Made by a program: the position numbers and the translations under genes. Shown here piece by piece: positions 28,748 to 37,439 of a stretch of DNA of 64,000 nt (the first letter of the stretch is position 1; each line of letters begins with the position of its first letter). The DNA is taken from the IMG/VR virus record IMGVR_UViG_3300010376_000004. One strand, 5' to 3'. Below the pieces are notes generated by a model, which saw nothing but the letters and a program-made list of their open reading frames with translations, searched no databases and had not been told where the DNA came from. The stretch comes from a virus.

Positions 28748-30111
28748 GCCAGCAAGGCCTCAATGGTCTGGATCAATTCACCACGGCGCACATTGCGCCG
28801 ATGGCCCACTATCGTCGTCTTGATAGCACCAGCCACTGAACCCGCAAACGCAGCCGCTTCCACCTCCAGGCCAGTCGCAAGCAATGGCGCTGCCACCGCA
28901 AGGAACGCATCACCGGCTCCCATCGTATCCAGCCCCCGCGACGAAAACGCCGGTAACATATCGCCCGACAAGGCACGAGCTCCTGGCTTGGCGCGATAGC
29001 CTGCCCAACATCCGTTTTTGCCCATGGTGATGATGAAATTATCGCACTCCTTGATCATGCCGCACAGATGATCACCGACGCTTATGATACTTTGCGTCCT
29101 GCATTGCGTGGCAAAGCGGGCTTCCGGCTCATCCACACAGATCAAATTGGCTTTGCGATAGTGCGTAACCGGGTTAAAACCGACGTTTCCCGCATTCGTC
29201 TGCGCATTAACAGCCAAAAATTTGGCATGACTGACTACATCGATCGCGCCATGCAGCATCAAGCCATGACCAAAGTCGATCACTATAATAGCATCCGAAG
29301 TACACACCTTGTCCGACAGTTCGCGCAAGAACCGCTCGTCGTGTCCCACGTCCAGACGCTGGTAAACCTCAAACAACTTTCGGGTGAAGTCCTTGTCGAC
29401 AAACCGTGTCTTTCTGATCCCATGGCCGCCAGACAGCCACGTCGCATTCTTAAACTCACCCTGACGCGACGCGGCTATGATGCCGCCATAAAATTCCTCC
29501 GCACTATCCTCGGCCGTCGCCAGGATGAATTCTTTTGACGGCTTGCCCAAGCCGGAAACATAGCGGTACTCATCGATGATGATCTCGCCGACAAATGTGA
29601 TCTTCATTTGGTCGGCTTTTTCGAAAGCGGTCAGGATCTTGTCGCGAAACCCATTATCCTTGGCCGTCTTGAGATAAAGTGTGGTTATTTCAGGAAGCCG
29701 CTGGGTATTGATTAGATGCGACGATGACGCCTGCTTTGCGCTCTTGGTAGCGTGGAAGTGTCCACCCCAGCTTTCCGTCGCAATGATCTCGCGCTGCAGG
29801 ACCGGATCGCCAAGATCAGCATAGTCAATGCCTTTGACATAGTAAGCCGGCTTTATTTCGTTGATGACGTCGATGGCATTCGGAGCATTGGACGGGATAA
29901 CGCGACTAACGCAGCGCAAGGCCGCCAAGGCATGCATACGCTCGGTTAAAGTAAAGTGCGGCCGGTCCAGACCCTTGCCCACATATTCATCGGCGGTAAC
30001 ACTGACCACCAACTCCTCTCCCAACTCGGCCGCTTCCTCCAGGTGACGGATGTGGCCGATATGGAGAAGGTCGAACGTGCCATGACATAGAACGGTTTTC
30101 TTAGTGGACAT
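28744..30111 (-). CDS. Bifunctional nucleotidyltransferase + PfkB sugar kinase (HldE/RfaE-like, reversed domain order)
   Basis: N-terminal GTFDLLHIGH (HxGH); C-terminal DTMGAGDAF PfkB signature. Confidence 0.85.
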   Translation of the reverse strand: MSTKKTVLCHGTFDLLHIGHIRHLEEAAELGEELVVSVTADEYVGKGLDRPHFTLTERMHALAALRCVSRVIPSNAPNAIDVINEIKPAYYVKGIDYADLGDPVLQREIIATESWGGHFHATKSAKQASSSHLINTQRLPEITTLYLKTAKDNGFRDKILTAFEKADQMKITFVGEIIIDEYRYVSGLGKPSKEFILATAEDSAEEFYGGIIAASRQGEFKNATWLSGGHGIRKTRFVDKDFTRKLFEVYQRLDVGHDERFLRELSDKVCTSDAIIVIDFGHGLMLHGAIDVVSHAKFLAVNAQTNAGNVGFNPVTHYRKANLICVDEPEARFATQCRTQSIISVGDHLCGMIKECDNFIITMGKNGCWAGYRAKPGARALSGDMLPAFSSRGLDTMGAGDAFLAVAAPLLATGLEVEAAAFAGSVAGAIKTTIVGHRRNVRRGELIQTIEALLA

Positions 30112-31057
30112 ATGTCCGTGCATCTGTGAACCCCCCTAGCAGATTGATGATGGTCTTCGGCGGCGTCAGCATCTGCCCAAATACTGCAGCCTCTTGCTTC
30201 GGCAAGGTTGCCAGAATACCCGGCACCGCATCGATCGCCTTCTGCTTCACCCTTTGGTAGCGCTCGTCCACAGCACTCAAACCAGACCAACTCTCCAGGT
30301 TACGCGCATTCGCCCGTACACTGTCATTAATCCACCGGCTGCGAAACTCGATCAGCGGCGCATGGTGGAGCAGTACCTCCTTGCGCCAAGACGGTTCGTT
30401 CAGGGCGCGGATGATGCGATGCGCATGCTCGCGCCGTACCATGTAGTTGGCATCAAACCATGTCGCCCACCACGCTGGCTCGCGCAGCTCTTGCGTCTTG
30501 CCAACCTTGCTCTGATCTGTCCGCACGTCGGCGAACGCAATGCGCCCGGTTATCCTGCCGATATCGTCGGTCCAATGATCACAGAACCAATATGGAAAAT
30601 ATTCCGGCTGCAGATAGCCCAGCAGCTCAGTCATCCGCTTAGTGAAAGAGATAACACCAGAAAATGAAGCATTAGCCAAATGACCATAGACCATGCCAAC
30701 GCGATCAGGGAATAGAGCAGCAGCTCGCAGGATCTTCTCATCGGCGTCTGGCGTGTTGAGCGGATCATCGTCGCCTAAGCAGGTATAGACATCGGCATTT
30801 TCGGCCAAGGCTCGGTTCCATTTGGCCGCGATCGTGTCCTCGCGCGGCGCTATGCAGAACTTCACGCGGTCAGCGCCGGCCGGTTTATTGACCGCATGCC
30901 ATACATTAACGACCTCATCGATCGTCGCCGTGTCATCGATATCGACCTGAACCATGAGCAAAGTATCAGGCCGTGACAGGCACGCCAAATTGCGTCCGAT
31001 TGTATCGATAAGCTTCTGCGGACGACTGCGCGTCGGCAAGGACACAACCAGACGCAT
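30101..31057 (-). CDS. GT2-like glycosyltransferase
   Basis: VVSLPTRSRP...VDIDD...AKWNRA...LGDDD...YFPYWFCDHW. Confidence 0.7.
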   Translation of the reverse strand: MRLVVSLPTRSRPQKLIDTIGRNLACLSRPDTLLMVQVDIDDTATIDEVVNVWHAVNKPAGADRVKFCIAPREDTIAAKWNRALAENADVYTCLGDDDPLNTPDADEKILRAAALFPDRVGMVYGHLANASFSGVISFTKRMTELLGYLQPEYFPYWFCDHWTDDIGRITGRIAFADVRTDQSKVGKTQELREPAWWATWFDANYMVRREHAHRIIRALNEPSWRKEVLLHHAPLIEFRSRWINDSVRANARNLESWSGLSAVDERYQRVKQKAIDAVPGILATLPKQEAAVFGQMLTPPKTIINLLGGFTDARTYVH

Positions 31058-31065
31058 AAAGGCCC

Positions 31066-31686
31066 TCAGTCTTCCGGCATCTGATATTTTGGCCGGCCGA
31101 CATCGAGCGCCGGATCGACAGTCACTTTGATATCGCCGCCCGTACCGCGGTAGCGTCCGCCCATTTCGATGCCACCGCGCATGGCTTGTCGCGCATTGAC
31201 ACGACCACCCATCAAGGCCGCATCGCGATCGCGCATTTGCTGCTTGGCCAAGTTTTCCTGCTCGTCCCTGGCTTCTTCAGTCAGAGCCATCGGACGTTCC
31301 ATGAGCATCTGGCCGCGAACGATGACCGGACCAGAATGACCTTTCGGCATGAAGAAACCGTCATGACGGGCCGCCGGCACCGGTCGCCAGCCGTTCTGAT
31401 GAAACTCCAGGTTCTGTGCCTGGAATACTTCGCTGTTGCCATAGGTCGTGACGGCGTTCCACTGATAACCCCAGCCATTCGGGATGAAGCTGAGCGGCAC
31501 ATCGAACGGATCGATGCCTTCCTTCCTCGAGCGCGTGAGGATCTCACCATTTCGTCCCTGCACCACCACGGCGCCGGTCTGGTCACGAACATCATCACGC
31601 TGCGTCTCGCGCACTGGCTCGCGCACTTGCTTTCTTGGCCGGCCGCGGCTGCGGCGCACCGGGTTGACTTGTGTCTGTTCATCCAT
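31066..31686 (-). CDS. Conserved head-module protein with an AT-hook-like motif
   Basis: RRSRGRPRK; GWGYQW...GWRPVP...GQMLMERP. Confidence 0.6.
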   Translation of the reverse strand: MDEQTQVNPVRRSRGRPRKQVREPVRETQRDDVRDQTGAVVVQGRNGEILTRSRKEGIDPFDVPLSFIPNGWGYQWNAVTTYGNSEVFQAQNLEFHQNGWRPVPAARHDGFFMPKGHSGPVIVRGQMLMERPMALTEEARDEQENLAKQQMRDRDAALMGGRVNARQAMRGGIEMGGRYRGTGGDIKVTVDPALDVGRPKYQMPED

Positions 31687-31688
31687 GA

Positions 31689-32630
31689 TCAGGCCTCATA
31701 ATTTGCCTTGTCGTACTGACCTTGCTCCTGAAGTTGCTTTTTCCGTCGCGCCATTTCCTGCAAGCCTATGGGATCGCCCTTCTTCCAGCGTTTCTGGCCT
31801 GACGGATCGTCGTAGTTCCACACAAGCGTACCATCAGTTGCGGTCGCCGCTTCGCCCTTTGATAAACGCACTTCATTGCTGCCGCCCGACGTACCGCCCG
31901 GCGACGGCACGACTGGCGCCACAGGCGCGGAATGCCGCCGTGGCAGCGTTGCTCCGCTATTTGTCTTCGGTGTCTCGGTTTTCATGCCGATCTTCCTTTC
32001 GACATGGTCAAAATATTGCGGCGAATCGACCGTAAGGCCTTCGCTGACCGCATCCCAATGCGCTGCCGTCAATCTAGCGTTCTTTTTCTGATCGGTGATC
32101 CAGTCGCGGTGGTTGCGCAGCCAATTGGCCGAGTTTGGCGTCTGCTGCGCCACCCGGTTGATGTAGTCATCGACTGGATCGCCAGCCGGTTGCTGCCGTT
32201 GCGGCTGTTGCTGCTGCATTTCCCAGGCATTTTTCATCTGCTCGTGGAAACGCAGATCGCCGCGCGCATCAGCGAGCCGTTCCTGCGCATCCGCAGCCTT
32301 GGCCCAGTCGCCAGCCTCCATCGCCGCCTTGTATTCCGACTTTGCCGCCAATGCCGCCGCCTTGGCGTTCTCAATGCCCTGCTCGGCGGCGCCGTAGCGC
32401 GTCTGCTGCGTCTCAGTTCTCGCGCTTTGCGCCTGCTCTTCAGCTTGCTGCCGCGCTTGGTCGGCGGCGCGGGCGCGCGCTTCAGCAGTCTCACGCGCTT
32501 CCTGGTCCTGCTTCTGCTGCGCCTGGATCTCATCGTATTGCTTTTTCAGCTCGGCAACCGGATCGCCTTGTTCTTCCTGTTTCTGTTCAGGCTCGACCTG
32601 GACAGTGATATCGCCATCCTCATCAGCCAT
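31689..32630 (-). CDS. Capsid scaffolding protein
   Basis: Acidic N-terminus, long coiled coil, position between GroES-like and capsid genes. Confidence 0.65.
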   Translation of the reverse strand: MADEDGDITVQVEPEQKQEEQGDPVAELKKQYDEIQAQQKQDQEARETAEARARAADQARQQAEEQAQSARTETQQTRYGAAEQGIENAKAAALAAKSEYKAAMEAGDWAKAADAQERLADARGDLRFHEQMKNAWEMQQQQPQRQQPAGDPVDDYINRVAQQTPNSANWLRNHRDWITDQKKNARLTAAHWDAVSEGLTVDSPQYFDHVERKIGMKTETPKTNSGATLPRRHSAPVAPVVPSPGGTSGGSNEVRLSKGEAATATDGTLVWNYDDPSGQKRWKKGDPIGLQEMARRKKQLQEQGQYDKANYEA

Positions 32631-33082
32631 TAGTAAATCCTCTCAGGTGAAGTGGTTTTGCCGACGATCGACGTGTCAACCAGCCACCGGATCGGTGTGC
32701 CATTGATGCCATCGCCAGCCACATGGAAATTTTCCCAGCCATCGGATGTTCGAAAGATCGCCCAGTCGCCTGGATCGACCCGAAAGTTGCCAAATTTAGA
32801 CGCACCATCGTCAACGAAGGCCAGCGAACCGACCTTCAGCACCAGACCTACTTTTCCCTGGAACCTGTCTTCCGCCAGCGAGCTGTCAGGACGATAAATG
32901 CTGCCGATCTTTTCTGGACGAATATAACTGGCGACCAATACTTGCTGTGCCGCTACTTCCAGATGGGAAATATCACCAACGGCACGCAAGACAGCGCCGC
33001 GCGGGTCAGAACCGGATGCTTCGGCAATTTGCCGAAGCGAAAGTGCTGCCGTAACCAATGAAACCTCACGGATAACCCCCAC
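32630..33082 (-). CDS. GroES/Cpn10-like co-chaperonin
   Basis: QVLVASYIRPEKIGSIYRPD...GLVLKVG...VDPGDWAIF. Confidence 0.65.
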   Translation of the reverse strand: MGVIREVSLVTAALSLRQIAEASGSDPRGAVLRAVGDISHLEVAAQQVLVASYIRPEKIGSIYRPDSSLAEDRFQGKVGLVLKVGSLAFVDDGASKFGNFRVDPGDWAIFRTSDGWENFHVAGDGINGTPIRWLVDTSIVGKTTSPERIY

Positions 33083-33089
33083 CCGTGAG

Positions 33090-33320
33090 TTAGCGTTCGC
33101 TCATCTCCGCTAAAGCCTCATCACACATCGCAATGGCTGTCGTCAGTCCGTTCATAATACCACAACGGAACCTATAGTCGGGCCAGTCTTGAGCCAAGCC
33201 TGAACCGAGATCAACCTGCATATTGCGTAAAAGCTCAGACAGACGGTTTTTCACCGTGATGTTCAAAGCTGGATGGTCAGTTGGGTAGAAACTAACCGCC
33301 CCACGCGGTCCAGTCGCCAT
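33090..33320 (-). CDS. Conserved small head-module protein
   Basis: LGSGLAQDWPDYRFRCGIMNGL. Confidence 0.55.
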   Translation of the reverse strand: MATGPRGAVSFYPTDHPALNITVKNRLSELLRNMQVDLGSGLAQDWPDYRFRCGIMNGLTTAIAMCDEALAEMSER

Positions 33321-33329
33321 TACCTATCC

Positions 33330-34322
33330 TCACGGCACTTTATCGACAAAACTCGGTGCCCGCTTGCGCTTGAGCAGTCGCGCCCCACCACCACCAGCGC
33401 CCTTATTAAAGTCTGGCGACATCGGTCCTTTGTCCGAAGTGATTGGACCGAGACCCTTCTTTGGATGATGCGGCGCCTCGACACCGTGGCCGTGCGTAGC
33501 ACCGGACGGCGGCTCCAGTCCACCAGAAGCCTTGCCATGATGCGGCTTGATGGTGTGGTGCGTACCCAAGCCGGCATGCTGCACGCGACCGCCATGCTTG
33601 TAGGTGATGACCTTCTTGCGGCCAATATCCATCCGGTCCTGCTTGCCGGGAGCATGATCGACCGGACGTGCCTTCTTACCTTCTTGATACGCGGGGCCGT
33701 CCGTGACTTTGCCGCCGCGCGCGAAACGGCTGACGCGCCCGCCCCTCGTGCGGGGTAACAGCCCTGGCGTTGCAACAGGGGATACCGCGGGCGGGCGCGC
33801 CATTGGCGCTGCCAAGCCGGGGGATGGACCCGGCGGCAGTGCGGGTGGACCCGCCATCGGCGGGCGAATAGGTGGCGGGACAGCTCCGGGTGGGGGGATG
33901 GGGAGGGCCGCCCCGCCTAGTGGTGGTGCTCCTGTGTGAGGTGACACCATCACATTCACGGTCGTATGAGCTTTTTTCCCCTTAGTCCTTCCACCCCGCG
34001 CCCGGTGCACAGACTTGTCGTTATCCGGCGCGCCTTCATAGGGCCGCAACGTCGGATGCTTAAGCATCTTCTGTTCTTTGACAAACTTTTCTGGCTCACC
34101 GTGCGCGCGCCCGCCCTTGGTCCGTCGCGGCCGATCGGCGCGATGCTTCACCCGTCCGCCCGCCGCGCGATGCGTAACTTCGCTTACGGCTTTGCGGATA
34201 GAAACGTTGGAGCTGCCGGGGGCGCTGTGCGCGTAGCCGCCATGCGCTAAGCCGTGCGTAATGGGATGCACCCTGCGGTGCTGCACATGGTGGTCGCGAT
34301 GCTCATTGTAGGGGTGAGCCAT
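33330..34322 (-). CDS. Basic His/Pro-rich protein with repeated xxGG motifs; putative internal/core protein
   Basis: At least seven [RKH]xxGG[RK] motifs; Pro-rich linker. Confidence 0.6.
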   Translation of the reverse strand: MAHPYNEHRDHHVQHRRVHPITHGLAHGGYAHSAPGSSNVSIRKAVSEVTHRAAGGRVKHRADRPRRTKGGRAHGEPEKFVKEQKMLKHPTLRPYEGAPDNDKSVHRARGGRTKGKKAHTTVNVMVSPHTGAPPLGGAALPIPPPGAVPPPIRPPMAGPPALPPGPSPGLAAPMARPPAVSPVATPGLLPRTRGGRVSRFARGGKVTDGPAYQEGKKARPVDHAPGKQDRMDIGRKKVITYKHGGRVQHAGLGTHHTIKPHHGKASGGLEPPSGATHGHGVEAPHHPKKGLGPITSDKGPMSPDFNKGAGGGGARLLKRKRAPSFVDKVP

Positions 34323-34363
34323 TTGTTCCTCTTATCATAACTTGCGTGAGTAACGCAAAATTT

Positions 34364-34543
34364 CTACTTCGATAGATGCGGCAGATCATCCGATAGTGAC
34401 ACGCTCTTGCCATTCTTGCGCTGCTGGGCGTCAATTTGCTTTTGCAGCTCGGCAATGACATTGACGACAGTGCCATAAGGCATTTGCTCCAATGCCCGGC
34501 CGATGATGACGACCATCTGTTCCGGTAAGTCAAAATGCAACAT
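34364..34543 (-). CDS. Small fibre-associated protein (start moved to ATG 34543)
   Basis: LPEQMVVIIGRALEQMPYGTVVNVIAELQKQ; follows the fibre gene. Confidence 0.5.
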   Translation of the reverse strand: MLHFDLPEQMVVIIGRALEQMPYGTVVNVIAELQKQIDAQQRKNGKSVSLSDDLPHLSK

Positions 34544-34553
34544 GATGTCTCCT

Positions 34554-37439
34554 TTATTTGCCGTAAACCGACCATTGCGAGCCATTATACCAAACTAAAT
34601 ACTTATTGGCGCCGCCGCCTGTGCCAATGGCTGCGCCCCAGGCCAGGGCCGCGCTTGAAGCATCAGACACATAAGCAAGCATTCCCGTTACCGGAGAACC
34701 CGGCAATGTCGCGACAGTGGAGGCAGCGGCCGTTACCACGCCGCCCGTATCGATGATGTATTTGCTCGTCCCTCCAACCTGGAGATCGAACAATTTCGAA
34801 CCCGTGCCGCTAGCAATGTTGGTCACGTTGACCAGCAATGCTGCATCGACAACGCCGGTCGTGTTCCAAAGCTGTGCGATCGAACATGCGGGCGTGGTTT
34901 GCGCACCGACCAAGCCAGAATCGCCGATCGAAACAACTGGCAATGGGGCAGGAGTTTGCGGCTGGATCAGAACTGTATGAGTTCCGCTCTGGCTGCCGCC
35001 GGTCGTATCGATAGCCGCCACGCCCTGCACCGCTAGGCCAATCTGAAATGAGTTCAGCGTAAAACCAGACTGCAAAACGTAATATTGCGTTCCGAACACA
35101 ATCGGAGCCGGTAACGTGCCCGTCGTTTGCAACATGACCGGCATACCAGGAGCAAAGCCATGGTTATTCAGAGTAATGACGGCGGGATTGGCAGCGGTAA
35201 TGGTGCAGACGCCGCCAGGGTTGAGGTTCTGTGTACCGCTCTGCGAACCTGATGTGTTGACTGCGGCCCCGCCATAGCTCGTCGATACCTCGAAATTGTT
35301 GGCAGTCAATCCGGCGGATATCACATAGTAGGTCGTGTTTGCCGACAAGCCTGTCGGCAGCGCCCCGGTGGTGGAAAGCAAGATCGGTTCACCGACGAAC
35401 AAGCCGTGAGCGGTTTGCGTAAATACTGCGGGACTGGCGATTGTAACTGTGAAATTTCCGCCAGTTTGAAAGAGATTATTATTGTAATTCGCATTGACGG
35501 TCTGACACACATTGGCCAGAACCAATGGTGAGGTTGTCACCCCCAAGGCTGCGCAAATCAGTCCTTCAAAGACGTTGAGCCCATATTGACCTTGGCTCCA
35601 GATATTTAGATTGCTGGTCGCATTAATCGGTCTGCCAGCCCATACTCCAACACCGCGATTACCGATATTTCCAGTACCATGATTAAGGATCGAATGGTCA
35701 GTAACAAGAAGACCAGCGTTGTTGTTCATCACGCCCATGCCGGGATTAGTCCAAGATGGAGGATAGATTTGAACCCCGGAACGATTGCGGATGAACCCAC
35801 GCATAACTTGCGATCCGGCTGCGGTTAAGTCGAACAAACGTCCACATACGCCAGTCGCCGAGATTGTAACGGTAACACCAGAAAAGCTCTGACTACCGGG
35901 CCAAATCAGATAAGTCGCACCCGAACCACCGCCAGCTGTTCCCGCCACTTGACCAACAATGAAAGTATTGGCTGCAACACCGGACCCCGTCACAGTACAA
36001 CCAGGATAGATCGAGAACCCGATAGAATCGGCGGTGGTGACCGTCATTACTTGACCGGCACCGCTGGCAGTTACCGTGCCCAGCGACACCGGAGAGCTGA
36101 AATCATTGGCTGAAGAATTAACACCTGTGACCTCACTATAACCATCCGTGTGATCAGCAATGCCGCCACCTGTATTAGCCGAGTTGAAGGTTCCGGTGAC
36201 GGTTGGTTGAAGCTCAATGCCGAAAACCAACGTGCAATTCGCCGCCCCGCCCTGAGACGGTGACGAATATATGCCCATAAATTGCGGGTGGCTGATAAGT
36301 CCGGTATTGGTCGGACTGACATTGATGGAAAACAAATTGCCGCCAGTGCCGCTTCCATAGTTGTAGTGGCCGGTGATACTGAGAAATGAAACGAAGTTGC
36401 CGTTCGGACCAGTTCCGGTGAAGTCATTGCCGATATTGACAAGACCCTGCACACCACCAACCGAGCCCAAGCCACTGTTATTGCCGACAGCAAGACCGGC
36501 GACATCGGTCACACCCAGATTGCTCATATTCACAAGCGGGGTGCCGGCGATCGAAAATACATGCTGGCCGCCGGTCGGCACGTTGTAATACAAGTTGCTG
36601 TCGCCAGTGCCACCGCCTTTGATGCCGATCAGATTGTTAAAGGTAAACGTGTTGTTGAATGAGATCTCGTTGAATGACGAGTCTGCCAACCCGAACAGCA
36701 TATTGTTGGCCGCCCCGGTGAACGACAGCGTCAGCGTATTGCTGCCGTTCCAGCTGCCGAAACCGCCGAAGGCGCCGCCATTATTGAACTGAACCGAATT
36801 GACGGCACCGCCTGGGCTGGTGATGGCCGTCAGTGTGCCGCTGGTCAATGTCAAACCAGTGCCAAGCACGGCTTCGCCCATCACGCCAGCATTGTCGTAG
36901 AACAAGCGGCCGGAAGTCCCACCGGAGATCGACGTCGAATTGACGGTGATGGATGTAATGGACGTCAGCGTCCCGCCAGATAACGACAAGCCGCTGCCAA
37001 CGATGGCTTCGCCCATCACGCCGGCATTGTCGTAGAACAGCCGGTTGTTGGTGCCACCGGAAATAGCCGTCGAATTGACGATGATGGTGCCGCTCGAGCC
37101 GCCCACCACATCCGATGCCAAGGCCGTCAAGGATACAACGGGTGCCGCAGTGAAATTAATGGCCGAACCGGAACCGGCCACGCCGTTATTGACGCTGCCA
37201 AGGATGGACGTGCGGGCAAAGCTCGAGGTCGATGAGGTAAAGACAGCGCGGCCCCATTCCCGCTGCGTCGGTGACGAGAGGCTGTCCTGGGCAAGATAGC
37301 TATAAGTGGCGCCGTTAGTCAGTTCGCCGAGAGTGACGCCTTGAGCCGGCGTGAGAAAGCTGTTGCGGGTTTGCGAAAAGACAAATGGACCCGTTCCGGC
37401 CGATGCGGCCTGGAAGCTGATGCCGTCAGCTAAGCTCAT
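34554..37439 (-). CDS. Tail fibre/spike protein
   Basis: 961 aa, Gly/Ser/Thr/Asn-rich; two internal duplications (RLFYDNAGVMGEA; TIASPAV...TTG.LP...YYV...GSQSGT). Confidence 0.75.
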   Translation of the reverse strand: MSLADGISFQAASAGTGPFVFSQTRNSFLTPAQGVTLGELTNGATYSYLAQDSLSSPTQREWGRAVFTSSTSSFARTSILGSVNNGVAGSGSAINFTAAPVVSLTALASDVVGGSSGTIIVNSTAISGGTNNRLFYDNAGVMGEAIVGSGLSLSGGTLTSITSITVNSTSISGGTSGRLFYDNAGVMGEAVLGTGLTLTSGTLTAITSPGGAVNSVQFNNGGAFGGFGSWNGSNTLTLSFTGAANNMLFGLADSSFNEISFNNTFTFNNLIGIKGGGTGDSNLYYNVPTGGQHVFSIAGTPLVNMSNLGVTDVAGLAVGNNSGLGSVGGVQGLVNIGNDFTGTGPNGNFVSFLSITGHYNYGSGTGGNLFSINVSPTNTGLISHPQFMGIYSSPSQGGAANCTLVFGIELQPTVTGTFNSANTGGGIADHTDGYSEVTGVNSSANDFSSPVSLGTVTASGAGQVMTVTTADSIGFSIYPGCTVTGSGVAANTFIVGQVAGTAGGGSGATYLIWPGSQSFSGVTVTISATGVCGRLFDLTAAGSQVMRGFIRNRSGVQIYPPSWTNPGMGVMNNNAGLLVTDHSILNHGTGNIGNRGVGVWAGRPINATSNLNIWSQGQYGLNVFEGLICAALGVTTSPLVLANVCQTVNANYNNNLFQTGGNFTVTIASPAVFTQTAHGLFVGEPILLSTTGALPTGLSANTTYYVISAGLTANNFEVSTSYGGAAVNTSGSQSGTQNLNPGGVCTITAANPAVITLNNHGFAPGMPVMLQTTGTLPAPIVFGTQYYVLQSGFTLNSFQIGLAVQGVAAIDTTGGSQSGTHTVLIQPQTPAPLPVVSIGDSGLVGAQTTPACSIAQLWNTTGVVDAALLVNVTNIASGTGSKLFDLQVGGTSKYIIDTGGVVTAAASTVATLPGSPVTGMLAYVSDASSAALAWGAAIGTGGGANKYLVWYNGSQWSVYGK

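Noticed and set aside
34554-37439. Diversity-generating retroelement acting on the fibre repeats
   Set aside because: No reverse transcriptase in the window, and the duplications are in-frame coding repeats rather than an adenine-specific TR/VR pair
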